This document shows, piece after piece, positions 15,386 to 28,359 of a stretch of DNA of 64,000 bases. The translations under genes were made by a program, and so were the position numbers. Origin of the DNA: Octopus sinensis. Its lineage: Eukaryota. The stretch spans positions 131,564,001-131,628,000 of the forward strand of contig NC_042998.1 of assembly GCF_006345805.1 (NCBI RefSeq), in the 5' to 3' direction. Numbering within the stretch: position 1 is the first letter of the stretch; each line of letters opens with the position of its first letter. Below the pieces are notes generated by a model. The model saw only the letters and a list, made by a program, of their open reading frames with translations. It was not told where the DNA came from and ran no database searches.

Positions 15386-15783
15386 ACATGCATACATATA
15401 CTTACATACAAATATAGTATAACTTGTGTTTAGTTAGATGTATGACTCCTATAGTTGAGGTTGGAGCTTCACTTAGAATATCATCGTGCTTCTGTCCAGT
15501 ATAGTGGTTTGGTGACGTTTTCAAAGTAAATTCTACTGTTGTAGATGTTTCAAACTTCTCCGTCGGTGCAAGTGGATGCTTGACCACAAAGGACTCAATT
15601 TATGACAATGTGACATAATGTGATAAAGTGTTCTGATGATTCGTGATGATTAAGCATCCAATTACATCAACGCTGAGGTTCCAAATAACCACAAGTTAAC
15701 ACAAAGCAAGAAATGATATAAGCTTATGATAATTTCATACACAATCATATATATGTGTGTGTGTGTGCGCGTGTGTGTGCGTA

Positions 15784-15842
<59 letters not shown>

Positions 15843-16164
15843 TTTATTGAACATGACATGTTAGCTAATTTTAGAATCTCATGTGCTTAATTATAATTTC
15901 AAAAGATCGAAATGCTGGGTTCAAATGCGTTAATATTCAATGTTTCTTCCAGTAGATCCATTCCCATACTTTGAACATAGAATATACATACAAAGCAAGT
16001 ACAGAGATAAATGTTTACCTTTATTCAATATCCCAGTATTCCTGATAGTATCCGCTGGCCATTATAAGGCTAAAATGGTGATTAAGCTTGTTATGCACCT
16101 CTTAAGATATGACAATGTTTACTGTATATAGAGCCTTAAAAGATTGACTCGGTTCCACAGGATT

Positions 16165-16445
16165 TAAAGTTTCGTGCTTTCTAACTACATGGTTCTGGAT
16201 TCAGTCTCACTGCGTGGCACCTTCGGCAGGTGTCTTTTACTATAGTCTTGTAAGTGGATTTGAAAGGCGGAAAATAGAAAGAAGCCCGTCGTATATATGT
16301 ATGTATATAAATATGCGTGTGTGCGTGTATGTTTGGTTCCGTCCCACTCCATGTCACCTTGGGCAAGTGTCATCTACTATAGCCCCGCGTACCATAAAGG
16401 CTTGTGAGTGGATTTGGTAAACGGAAACTGAAAGAAGCCGGTCGT
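16165..16445 (+). mobile_element. Two tandem SINE family A 5' halves, each ending at a microsatellite
   Basis: CACCTT(C/G)GGCA(G/A)GTGTC...AAAGAAGCC(C/G)GTCGTATATAT occurs twice. The 3' half is absent. Confidence 0.8.
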
Positions 16446-16619
16446 ATATATATATATATATACAAACATACGCATAATCATATGTATGTGCATATATAGG
16501 CATAAATATGTATATGTGGGTGTGTGTGGGTGTGTGTGTACGTATGTATACATATATATGTTTGTATCCATATATATAGATGTGTATATACTTATATACA
16601 TGTAATAGCATGTGCATAT

Positions 16620-16800
16620 ATTTATTTTTTCTCTCTCTTAATTTTCTCTCCCTGTTTCTTTCTGTGTTCCTTTCTGTGGAAGAGCGTAGGCTCGAAACGT
16701 TAAAGACTTTTTCACTTCCCGAGCGTTAAACTAATACATTTTTGTTATCTACACCACCTGTCTTCGTCTTTTGTTGCTTTTTTTTTGGGGGGGGGATCTC
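16620..16800 (+). mobile_element. Family E repeat copy (motif 16670-16705)
   Basis: CTTT-CTGTGGA-A-GAGC-GTAG-GCTC-GAAAC-GT-T-AAAG, then CCCGAGCGTTAAACTAATACA...ACACCACCTGTCTTCGTCTTTTG. Confidence 0.8.
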
Positions 16801-16803
16801 CCT

Positions 16804-16858
<55 letters not shown>

Positions 16859-17039
16859 ATATACATAGACACTCACATTTATATAAGTGTATGATTGTTA
16901 GTGTGTATGTGTGAGTGTATGTGGATAATGGAAAGAATTGTAAAATTAAAAACTACTGAAGCTTATCAGACGATAGTCTGAGCGAACGGAGTCCGTTAGA
17001 TCATCATGTAAATTACGTTTTACAGTTGATCCCACCCTC

Positions 17040-17150
17040 TTACGTTTCGAGTTCAAATACTGCCGGGGTCAACTTTGACTTTCAAAATTAAATACCCATC
17101 AAATACTGGGTGTTGATCCTATCGACAACTCGCAACCCACCTCTCCTCAA
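17040..17150 (+). mobile_element. SINE family B fragment
   Basis: TTACGTTTCGAGTTCAAATACTGCCGGGGTCAACTTTGACTTTCA. Confidence 0.7.
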
Positions 17151-18899
17151 AATTGTTAGTCTTGTGGTCTAATCAGAAGCTATTATGATTATTGTTGCTA
17201 TTGTTGTACTTAAGATATCACAGTAATGCGCTGTATCATATTTCTGGTGAGCTTCAGTGAAGTTGAACAACTTTTACTTTGAGCTCTAATTAAAAACAGC
17301 ACGGGGATGTGTGTGTGTGTGTGTATGTGTGTGTGTGTGTGTTTGTGTGTGTTTGTGTGTGTGTGTATGTGTGTGTGTGTTCGTATTTATGCATGTGTGT
17401 ATATGAATGAAAGATTGGATTTTTTGTATGTCCTTTCTATTGAACTCCTTGAAGTTTCGTCAATTTTTTCTTTTTTCTTTTTATTTTCAGTTTCGTTTCA
17501 TTTCCCTACTTATGTGCATGATTGACGTTGCAATATATATATATATATACATATACACGCTTTTTCTCATAAACTTTATTCTTTAACTAAATACTCTTCT
17601 GTTGTTCACCTTGTTGTTGGTTTCCTCCCGTTGTTGTCCTCGTTTTCGTTATTGTTGCTGTAATTGTTTTTTCTGGTTCCTCCTTTTTACATAAGAAATC
17701 TTGTGCTTTTTTTTTCTTTTATGTATATCGTGCGTTGCTTTTTTTTATTTATTTCTTTGTCTATTTTATTTCCTCTACTCCAAAGAAAGAAATCATCTTC
17801 CTTTGATGTTCGGAAAGATATCGGTAGAAGGTCATACATACACACATTTCGACGCACAGAGATACTTATATATATTCACTGTATGATGATAACGTACTTC
17901 TGCTACTAGAACCTGTGTATTCTATTTTTGTTTCATTTTTTAATATTTTTTACACTCTATTTATTTATCTATTTATTATTACTATTATTATTTTCTTTCT
18001 CACTTCAAAGACTTCGAGATTTTTGCCGCTTCCGGCTTCTGCTTAATTTGCTTCTGTAAATGTGATGGTTCCTGACACTCTCTTTTGCATTACAATATAA
18101 TAAAACTAAAGGAGTAATCATACAGAGAGACAGAGAAAGAGAATGGCAATGGTTATAGTCGTTGTGTTTGCTACTATTGTTGCTGTGTGTTGTATGTGTG
18201 TACCTTGGAGGAGATACAGGTTAGCGGTAGTGATAGTGAACTATGTAATATCAGCAATGGTAGTGGTGGTAATAGTGGTAATGATGGTGAGGAGGACGAG
18301 GTGTAATAAATACCAAATAATAAATAATAAATAAAATAAAATAAAATATGCTAGAAGTGCCGACTATTTTCTAACACCACCTTCAGTTATCCAGTTAGTC
18401 AACCTCCCAACCAGCCAGCCAGCTAGCAAAGCCCTGTCACTGATCGCATCCCGGAAGCAATTTTTGTTTGTGTTCTTTTCTTTGTTTTACTTTTGTGTTT
18501 TTTCCCCCTTCCTTTTTCTTTTTCAGTTAAAAGTGGTTCTCTTTTTCTGAAAGCTTCTCTTTATGAGGATATATTGACTTTCTTATTATTTCTTTTTGTT
18601 ACCAAGCAGTAATATTTCCCCATACAGCAAACACTAGCTAATAGTATCAGCAGCAATAGAAGCGAAACTAACAGCAGTAGCAGCAGCAACAACAACAACT
18701 AAAAAACGACAGTAAAATAGACGAATACCTAAAAGTAAGTTCAATAAATTAATTTTTTTTGAAAAAATCCATTACAGCAATAGTGATTTCTAGTCATTTT
18801 TTTTTACCAACGATTTTTAATACCATTTTTCTATAATAATGACTTTCTTTTTACCATTGATACAAAATTACGTGTTTTACCGAAAATCAGCAATGGGTG

Positions 18900-20620
18900 T
18901 GGAAAGTAATTTATTTGACTTAATCGACCACAGTACTTAGCATTTACTTTATTCTAGCAACAACAAAACGATGAGCGATAAGAATTGCTTTGGCGTGACC
19001 TGAACTCATAAAGTAAATGAATATAAAAAGGAATTTTATCCAACAAGCACCGTTGCGTTTTTAATTAAAATATCTCTCCTATCTTTTCGTAATAATGATT
19101 TCAAAATTTTTCACAAGGCCAGCAACTTTAGGAAGAAAGAGTTAGTTGATTAAATCGACCCCAGTGTCCAAGTACTACTTCTATCGCACTCGAAAGGGGG
19201 AATGCCAAAGATGACCTCGGCCAAATTTTAACTCGGAACGTAAACAGTCGGAAGAATTGCCATTAAGTATTTTGTCCGATTTGCTAATGGTTCTGCCAGC
19301 TGATTTTATGCCCTTTTAAAGAAATTAATAACGAGGATTCCTCTCACTATCGCAAAACTTCAAACAAAATAATGGGTTTAGTCACATCCAATACTTGAAC
19401 AAACTTGTATTTATTTTATCAATCCTAACTATAAAGTTGCCTATAGTAAAATTTATAAGTTTTACTTTTAATTATTTCACTTTTTAAGTGAAATACTTTA
19501 AATACTTTTGTCCAAATTTACCGTTTCTTACTAATGATTCTTAATATAATTTTGTAACAAACTAATTTCTTGGGCTGGTACATGACATCACATTTGAGGG
19601 AATGGATTAATAGAACAGATTAAATCAACCTTGATATTTGATTTTTTTCTTTTTTTTTTCGATCCCAGAAGAATAAAACACGAAGTAAATATTGGAAGTA
19701 TTTGAAATTAGAACGTAAAAGCTCTCTGGCTCTCTGTCTCTCTGTCTCGTTTGTGCTAATACCCTAATTATGTCCGATATTTATTACAATTTCAGCACAG
19801 GATCATACATTCTGGGGATGGGAAACAGTCCAAAGAAAAGGGACATAACACATCCCGGACTAGACTGGTACTTATTCTAACCAATGTCTTAATGATGAAA
19901 GATTGAAAGTCAAAACTGCTCTGGGCGAGAACTGATTCAGAATGTAAAACATGATAATTAAATACGGCGAAGAATTTTGGCCAGTATTGCTATTTTCTCC
20001 GAAACTCCAATATTTCCTAATTCAGCAATTTAGCATTTTGTCAGAAACTTTATAATTGTTTTTGTTAATAATTTGCAATACCATTTAACATTTATAGTGA
20101 TAAATTCTAACTTTGACACAAAGTTACAAATTTCAAGTAAGAAAAAAGGGAAGGTGTATAGTCGATGTTAGATTAAATCGACCGCATGACAAGAATTGTA
20201 TATGTTTTTCTAACCACAGAACAACGAAAGGAAAAGTTCTGTCGAAAACTGAACTCGTAAAGAGATATGCGAGTTAAAGTTGATCATGGAAATATTTGAA
20301 GTCATAAAGATGAATAAGCGCTATTTTACCATCTCAAAAAAGAACGCAATACAAAGTCGGTCCCTGCTTGATTTGAACTCAAAAAGGAAATTTATGTGAC
20401 TACTATATACTGCAGAGTATTTTCTCAGTCCGGCTTTCTGCCATTTCTCATATTCTCACAACCTTAACATCCAAAACATTCGTTCACAACGACACAAATT
20501 CGTAGATAAGGGTTACATATTCGATTACTTACATTGAATTATATTATATTACTTGAACTAATTTTTCAACAGTAGCGCAGAAATGAAAGATTAAATTGAA
20601 CTCGAGGGAACTGAAACTAG
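18900..20620 (-). mobile_element. Cluster of about 8 old SINE family B copies, all minus strand
   Basis: Recurring degenerate ATTAAATCGACC...TACTT.TT.TATC...GAAAG...AAAGTCGAC...TTGAACTC. The clearest copy is 19110-19315. Confidence 0.6.
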
Positions 20621-21404
20621 GTAAAAATAACAGAAGAACTAAATTTGTTCAGAGATTGTGTGCTGTATCGGTGATACATAATCATTCTTAATTTCCTTCT
20701 CATTCATGCGATTTCTAGTTCATCTAATTAATATTTTGTCAGTAGTTTAAATTGGGGTGAATTAGTTTAGAATGACTTATCCCCGACGTACCACAATTAA
20801 AAACACGGTTTTCTTAATGATATTTTACTCCACATAAATATTAGGAACTCTTTCACTTGTGCTGAGAAGCATTCGGGAACTTCTTTTAGTAATCGCTCTA
20901 CTTCAATGCAAACAAAGATTTGTCTCAGCAAACGTCTTTAATAAATATGCAGCATCAATTTCGTGGCTAAAATTTTACGAGGCGGCATTCTTCTATAATA
21001 GGACAAATTCCTTTCACACACACACACCAGGACAGTAATTTTCTACAATGTGACAGAAATCTTCTATAACTGAACAATATTTCCTCTTAATCGAACGTTG
21101 TCCCATACAAAAGGATTATATTTTCCCGTACCAGTAGAGCATTGCTTCGTATGTACGAATCTCTCATATAAAGTTAGCATCACGCACAACAGAAAACCCA
21201 TTTCACCACAATCAGATAATATTTCCCTAACATGAGGGCTGCATTACCTCGCATCAGACCAATATTCTCTAACATTATGACAGTATTCTTCCCATACACA
21301 ACTACACAACTGAAGAATTACTCCCCCACATACACACACAGCACATTAGCACTTCTTCTCCATGTTGCTCAATACATATACACAAAAGGATGGGATAGTC
21401 TCGG

Positions 21405-21495
21405 ATGGATCAATTTCGATCATCGATCATCTTGATCGCGTCTGTCCTTAGGCTCAAGAAGAGAAGAACAGTATCTAATATAAATATCAATGAAG
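21405..21495 (+). other. Candidate exon ending at a donor site (unverified)
   Basis: ATG-initiated frame MDQFRSSIILIASVLRLKKRRTVSNININE ends GAAG|GTAAGA. An internal acceptor TCTGTCCTTAG|G lies at 21451/21452. No homology recognised. Confidence 0.2.
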
Positions 21496-21733
21496 GTAAG
21501 ATATGCTGTATGAATAACAATAATAATGTTTTGTAGCATTGTTTTGCAGATGGGCTTATGATTTACCCAAATATCTCACAACCACCGCAGGAAAGATGAA
21601 TGAAAACTAAGTGGAAGTAACATTTTAACTGTACAGCACGTCAATCTGTCCACGCTCGTCAATCTGTTCCCGCCCGATATGTTTTCTGATTTCTCAGTAT
21701 ATTTTTCTTATCATGCTAGATGAGAATATACTG

Positions 21734-21892
21734 GAAGAAGAAGAAGAAGAAGAAGAAGAAGAAGAAGAAGAAGAAGAAGAAGAAGAAGAAGAAGGAGGAG
21801 GAGGAGGAGGAGAAGAAGAAGAAGAGAAGAAGAAGAAGAAGAAGAAGAAGAAGAAGAAGAAGAAGAAGAAGAAGAAGAAGAAGAAGAAGAAA
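21734..21892. repeat. (GAA)n polypurine tract with GGA interruption
   Basis: Directly visible. Confidence 0.95.
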
Positions 21893-22544
21893 TCTAAACA
21901 TTTACCGCTGCAGGAGTCAGAGTTCAGACCACAGAGGCGGAACTGTTATTGCAAGGCATTTCGCCGAACTTTCGATGATTCATTCTGCCAAGTTACTGCT
22001 TTCTATAACTATATAAAACATATTGTGGGACATTTTACCAAAACCTGCAATCATTGCTATGCCCGAAGACATAAAATTTATGGGTAGGGTATATAACTGG
22101 TATGATTGAGTCTAGTACTGGTATTTATATCTGATATTTATACCTACTGTAGACGGATAAGAGGCAAATAAATAAACAAAAACAAAACAGCAATATTTGA
22201 CATCAATTTATAAAAGCAAGTAACTAAATAAGGCATTTAACCTGGAGCTTCCCTGTATCTGCTTTTCTACCAGCATACAAATAATTAATATCAGTCGAAA
22301 TAACATTGATTTCTTTGGAGCTGACATGAAGCTAAATGTATTAAAGTACAAAGGTAAACTCCATTATACCAGTTCCTCAGAATATTAGTGATACGTACTC
22401 TTTCTCGACTCGTTATAGTAAAATGAAAGCCATTGCGTCATGTACTGATTTTGAATCGAGAACGAAGCAAACATTTTTACTGCTGAGTAAGAGAAGGAAT
22501 GGTGGTGATCGTGATCTTCGAGATCGCCAATATTGATTTCAAAT

Positions 22545-22890
22545 TTTGACACAAGGACAGCAAATTCGGGTGAGGGGATTAGTCGATTACATCGACCCCA
22601 GTGTTCAGCTGGTACTTATTTTATCGGCTCCGGTAGGATGAATGGTAAAATCGACCTCGGTAAAATCGAACTCAGAGCTGGCAGATTCGTTAGCACACCG
22701 GTCAAAACCCTTAGCAGCATTTCGTCCTTCTTTACATTCTGAGTTCAAATTCCGCCGAAGTTAACTTTACTTCGCTACCTTTCGGGGTCGATAAATTAAG
22801 TACCAGTTCAACACTATTGTTTGATGTAATCAACTTTCGCCCACCCCTCCACACCATGAAATTGCTGGCCTTCTGCCAAAATTTGTAACT
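22545..22890. mobile_element. Head-to-head pair of SINE family B copies
   Basis: A minus-strand copy truncated at the B-box (GAACTCAG, about 22675) is fused to a plus-strand copy beginning AGCTGGCAGATTCGTTAGCAC. Confidence 0.85.
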
Positions 22891-23243
22891 AAAATGGACG
22901 TAGACCTGTTAAGTCAGACTCTTTAGCGTTGCACAGTATTTTAGTAGCTAACTGCTACGTAATACCAGGAATAACATTAGACTTAACACAACTACAGCAG
23001 CTATGGTAAACTATAATAGCACCAAGACAGATACTGGAGATGTCAGAAGTGCATATCACATCTTTCATCTAGACATTAAGTGTTTCGCACTGGATAAATC
23101 CAACTGTAAAAACATCGGCTCTCATAAATATGCAAATGTTACAATTTGTATAAACATCAACTATTGTTTCTTTTCTGTAAGGGAAGAGCGAGAGTGATAG
23201 AAAGAGTGAAAGTGCGAGAAAGAGTGAGCGTGAGAGGAAGGGT

Positions 23244-23293
<50 letters not shown>

Positions 23294-23444
23294 TGAGGGT
23301 ATTGCCCACTCCATTCAGTATGGTTTCTTAATTTAATCATTGCATTACACTGTCTCTTTGTATTTTGTCCTTCGGTTTCTTATAGGAACAGAATGCAATT
23401 GTTGCTGTTGTAGTCGATGATGATGCTCATGATGTTTATTTGAT

Positions 23445-23800
23445 TTTGATGATGATGATGATGATGACGACGACATCGGCGGCAATGGTCATGATAAAGA
23501 TGATACTGATCATCACGACGACGAGGAGGAGGAGGATGAAGAGAAGAAAGAAGGAGAGGAGGAAGAAGAGGAGGTGGTGGTGGTGGTGGAGGAGGAGGAG
23601 GAGGAGGAGGAGGAAAGGGAGATGGGGGTGGAGGAGGAGGCAAAGGAGGAGGAGGAGGAGGAGGAGGAAGAGGAGGAAGAGGAGGAAGAGGAGGAAGAGG
23701 AGGAAGAGGAATAGGAGGAATAGGAGGAGGAGGAGGAGTAGTAGTAGTAGTAGTAGTAGTAAGAGGAGGAGGAGGAGGGGTAGCAGGAGCAGGAGGATAA
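23445..23800. repeat. Compound (GAT/GAC/GAG/GTG/TAG)n polypurine-rich array
   Basis: Directly visible. Confidence 0.9.
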
Positions 23801-24448
23801 TGTTGTGTAACACGAAATCGGTCCTTAATCAAGCAGATCTATGATACAAGAAATCCCAGCTTTGCTTATTCAGTAATTTTCTTTTTCCTCTGGAACAAAT
23901 GGTAGAGAGTGGTTTAACTGGTGTTTCTAGTAGATCGAAGAGCCACGAAGAAAGAGAATATTTTGTTAACTTGATAAAAATAATGATAAGAAGGAAATGG
24001 AAAAGGAGAAAGGCTGAGATTATGAAAATGAGGAAGATGATGAAGATGATGATGATGAGAAGAAAGGGATGATAAATTATGTTTTTGTTACAGATGTTTC
24101 TGAATCCTTGCATCTGATTTCTCAAACATTGCCGAAGATGAGGGCTTGCTTCCCGATTGTTAATTATTGTAGCTACAACAGCTACTAATGTTATTGTTGT
24201 TGTCGTCGTTGTTGTTGCTGTTGTTGATGCAGAAATTAAAATAAATTATAAAATAGTAAATAACATTACTTGAAAAAAAAAATCAGCAAATAAACATGTC
24301 AAATAGCAAACAGGCTATAAAATATATAATTTAAAATCCATGAATGGTAATAGTACTGCGTTGTGATGGGTAGGGCAGTCACAGGATACATAGTCAACAA
24401 ACGAGGTGTAGTTTCAGCTGAATCAGTAGGCTGCTTTCTTCATTTCAG

Positions 24449-24480
24449 ATCTTAAATTAAAGCCAGTATTGTTTAATGAT
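24449..24480 (+). other. Candidate 32-nt micro-exon (unverified)
   Basis: Acceptor GCTTTCTTCATTTCAG|AT and donor GAT|GTAAGT. The single open frame is xLKLKPVLFND. Confidence 0.25.
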
Positions 24481-24650
24481 GTAAGTACGCATCACTACTT
24501 ACGGTTTCGTCATAACGTTTTTCACAGAGATGCATATATTTTATTAAATGTAATTTTCCTATTTCAGTCTCCTTGTTTGCAGAATTAATTGCATATTTGT
24601 GTGTACGTGTATGTATTTGTTTGTGTATATCGATATGTATGCATGTGTTT

Positions 24651-24706
<56 letters not shown>

Positions 24707-24944
24707 TGTGAAGATCGTGACGATAATGACTTCAAGTTTCGCATAACAACTTCTTCAGCCAACACGAGCTTTACAATAAATGTTACTCTGCTCATCCTCT
24801 CAGTTTTGGTTGAGAATATCTATATGCGCGTGTGTGTGCGTGTGTGTGTGTACATTTGTATAATATAAATAATATATATATATATGCATATATACATACG
24901 TATATTTACATACGTATATTTACATACATATTTACATACATATA

Positions 24945-25145
24945 TATATAGACGCCATGATAGGTCGTTAGCTACTACACACATTCTTTTCTCTCCTTGT
25001 TTTTTCTGTGTACCTTTCTGTAGAAGAGCGTAGGCTCGAAATGTAACAAACTCTTTCTATTCCTGAGCGATATACTAATACATCTGTTTGTTTTGTACAC
25101 CACCTGTCTTCGTCTTTTGTTTTTTTCTTTCGTAAACCTTCCCTT
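24945..25145 (+). mobile_element. Family E repeat copy (motif 25014-25049)
   Basis: GACGCCATGATAGGTCGTTAGCTACTACACAC...CTTT-CTGTAGA-A-GAGC-GTAG-GCTC-GAAAT-GT-A. TA-rich flanks. Confidence 0.8.
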
Positions 25146-25190
<45 letters not shown>

Positions 25191-25197
25191 TATATAT

Positions 25198-25229
<32 letters not shown>

Positions 25230-25420
25230 GCATATGTGAACCACGAGTACATGGAACATGAACTATTCTTTCGGACAACGAAAGGACAAATGAAAAACAA
25301 AACAAACAACATAAAGAACGACTCTTCATCAGTTGTTGGCAGTTTTTCTAGTCTCGTATTTCGAGCATTTGACAACAATATACGCTTTCGATAAAACAGT
25401 TGCTCCCGCAAAGTAAATTA
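25230..25420 (-). repeat. Fragment related to the 11.0-11.35 kb element
   Basis: Minus strand GCTCGAAATACGAGACTAG...ACAACTGATGAAGAGTC parallels CCTTCGAAACACGCTAGAG...ACAGCTGATGAAGGGG. Both are followed by a T-rich stretch and TGTACTC. Confidence 0.45.
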
Positions 25421-25960
25421 AATCCTTTTATATATGTGTGGGCGGGGGTTACAATTTTTCCTATCATATTCTTGGGAGGTTCGTAAGAGTAGAATTCTCA
25501 GCACCTCCTTCATAATGTTCTATCTCAGTAACTACCGTTATTATATTTTACAACTGGATTCACACTTTCCTGCGACATTCTTTATCACATGTCTCTAGTG
25601 CCGGCGCTGTGACCTTTCAATATGGATAACTAGAGTCTTGGCCTGAATATACTCCCGATATCTATGGAATTTCAACATCAACAGAGTATTTTTGCATGTG
25701 TGCGTTTATCAGTATTTGGTGTCAGATCATTTGCAGATTTATACGCATTGTTTTATGTATATATTCTCATGTCTATGTTTGCATGTTTAGACATGCGGAT
25801 ACATGTATTAAATGGTAAACGTCTGAAAAACTTTATAAATTTTTACAGTTCTGTGATGACTTGAGTCTGTAGCCTTCGAATCAGACTTTCTCCTTTCTGG
25901 CTCTGAGAAGCTTCATTTCTCAAGATTGGTAGCATGCATCAATGTATGTATGTATGTATG

Positions 25961-25994
<34 letters not shown>

Positions 25995-26142
25995 TGTATG
26001 TATGTATGTATGTATGTATGTATGGAGGGAGGAGGGAGGGAGGGAGGGGGATGGATGGAGGCGTGTGTCTGTATATGTCTGTATGTGTTTGTTATTTTCA
26101 GTTTATGCTTAAAAAGGTATTCCTAAAAGAATACTTTATATA

Positions 26143-26812
26143 CAATGATCCCTCGCTACTTCGCGGTTCAACTATCGTGGATTCACGACTTCGCGGATTT
26201 TTAAAATATATATATATATGAACACCTAAAATTTTTATCTGTGAGGCCTAACACTCGAAAGGTACTCAGCCATTTGTTCAAAAAGGAAGCAAAAGCATTT
26301 GGCTTTAAAGCATACAAGGATCGTGTGACCCTCGTGATGTGTGACAATGCTGCGGGATTTTTGTTAAAGCCATGACTTATTTACAAGTCTAAAAACCCAA
26401 GGGCTTTAAAAAAGAAAAACAAGAATCTGCTGCTGCTGCTACTACTACGGTTGCACCTTCGGAAGAAGTGGAAGAGGTGTCCCAGGAAAGGGCACCGCCG
26501 TAAGCTTAATCATCATCATTTCTACTGCGCAGCAAATTCATCACCATTATCATTCAAATTTTACTTCAATTTCTTTCGTATTGAGTAGAGTAACAATCTT
26601 TATTTTTTTAATCTAAAGTGTTATTACTTAACTTTTGTCCTTGTTATTAATAGACTACTGTAATGGGTGGGTTGTTAACAGTACAGGGAGTGTTTTAAAA
26701 GTCCAAATACACGTTAAATAAATACTGTAAATATGGTGTCCCTACTTCGCGGAAATTCAGTTGTCGCGGCCGGTCTCGGAACCAATCTACCGCGGTAAAC
26801 GAAGGATCACTG
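26143..26812 (+). mobile_element. Internally deleted Tigger/pogo-type DNA transposon
   Basis: TIRs CAATGATCCCTCGCTACTTCGCGG and CCGCGGTAAACGAAGGATCACTG with 5' TA. Transposase remnant GFKAYKDRVTLVMCDNAAGFLLKP*LIYKSKNPRALKKKNKNLL. Confidence 0.9.
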
Positions 26813-27089
26813 TGTGTGTGTGTGTGTGCGTGTGCGTGCGTGTGTGGGTGAATATAGGTAACAGAGGTCTTCGCTAGGAAGATACACAAGTTGCTAGTTA
26901 TAGGATCTACTGTACACACACCACGAAAAGAGAGAATAATTTGGCGAGAAGAGCTAACAGATATTTGGCCTCTCTCATTGTTTGCACATGAATCCAATTA
27001 GCATTGTATGGTGTAACATATGAACAAAGATAGCATACATGCATTGTGCACGCGCATATGCGTCTCTGATAGTACACCAAATTGTGCAA

Positions 27090-27125
27090 CAGTAGCAGAA
27101 CAACAGCTGCAGCAGCAGTAGCACT

Positions 27126-27183
<58 letters not shown>

Positions 27184-27238
27184 AATGGTGGTGCTGGTGA
27201 GCGTCGTTGTCGCCGTAGTAGTGCAAGCAGCAACAGCT

Positions 27239-27307
<69 letters not shown>

Positions 27308-27320
27308 TAGTAGTAGTAGT
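27090..27320. repeat. (CAG)n/(TAG)n compound array
   Basis: Directly visible. Confidence 0.95.
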
Positions 27321-27518
27321 AAAATAAATGCAGCGGTTCCACATACACAAAATGTTGAATTAATAAGAGTAATTGAATTGTAACTTAACTGTTCGAACTT
27401 TCATGTTGTCATTTGTACTGCTAGAAATAACAGCATCATTTATCTCGAATCACGAACCGTTCCGTGTTAAAAATGGAGAAAGATACACTGGGTAATTAGT
27501 TGTTGATGTAATATATAT

Positions 27519-27745
27519 ACTCTTTTCTCTTTTACTCTTTTACTTGTTTCAGTCATTTGACTGCGGCCATGCTGGAGCACCGCCTTTAATCGAGCAACTT
27601 GACCCCGGCACTTATTCTTTTGTAAGCCCAGTACTTATTCTATCGGTCTCTTATGCCGAACCGCTAAGTAACGGGGACATAAACACACCAGCATCGGTTG
27701 TCAAGCAATGCTAGGGGGACAAACACAGACACACAAACACACACA

Positions 27746-27785
<40 letters not shown>

Positions 27786-27951
27786 TACGATGGGCTTTCA
27801 GTTTCCGTCTACCAAATCCACTCACAAGACTTTGGTCGGCCCGAGGTTATAGTAGAAGACGACACTTGCCCAAGGTGCCACGCAGTGGGACTGAACCCCG
27901 AACCATGTGGCTGGTAAACAAGCTACTTACCACACAGCCACTCCTGCGCCT
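27519..27951 (-). mobile_element. SINE family A, full length, young
   Basis: Head AGGCGCAGGAGTGGCTGTGTGGTAAG, B-box-like GGTTCAGTCCC, internal (TA)n(TG)n, and tail AAATGACTGAAACAAGTAAAAGAGTAAAAGAG. Confidence 0.92.
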
Positions 27952-28139
27952 ATGTATATATTTAAAAAGAAAATCGACGACATGAATCGTATATCATATA
28001 TCAGCTAGATTATGGCCAGTAAGAACAACTGGAACCCCTAACCAGAACATCGGATACATGAACTGAATACGTTAGCTATAACAACAACATCAACAACAGT
28101 TACGAACAGCAACTATTTTGCAAGTGTTCCATTACCAAA

Positions 28140-28306
28140 ACGGAATTAGCAGCAGCAGCAGTGACAGTAGCAACAGCAGTAGCAGCAACAGCAGCAGTAG
28201 TAGTAGTAGTATCACTAGTAGTTGAGGTAGTGGTGGTGATGGTGGGGGTGATGGTGGTGGTGGTGCGTGGTTGTAGGCGGTGGTAATAGTGGTGGTGGTG
28301 GTGGTG

Positions 28307-28359
<53 letters not shown>

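Noticed and set aside
15402-15587. Normal-complexity minus-strand ORF (KHPLAPTEKFETSTTVEF...) with a possible GTAAGT donor
   Set aside because: There is an in-frame stop just upstream, the acceptor is weak, the donor coincides with a TA/TG repeat junction, and no homology is recognised.
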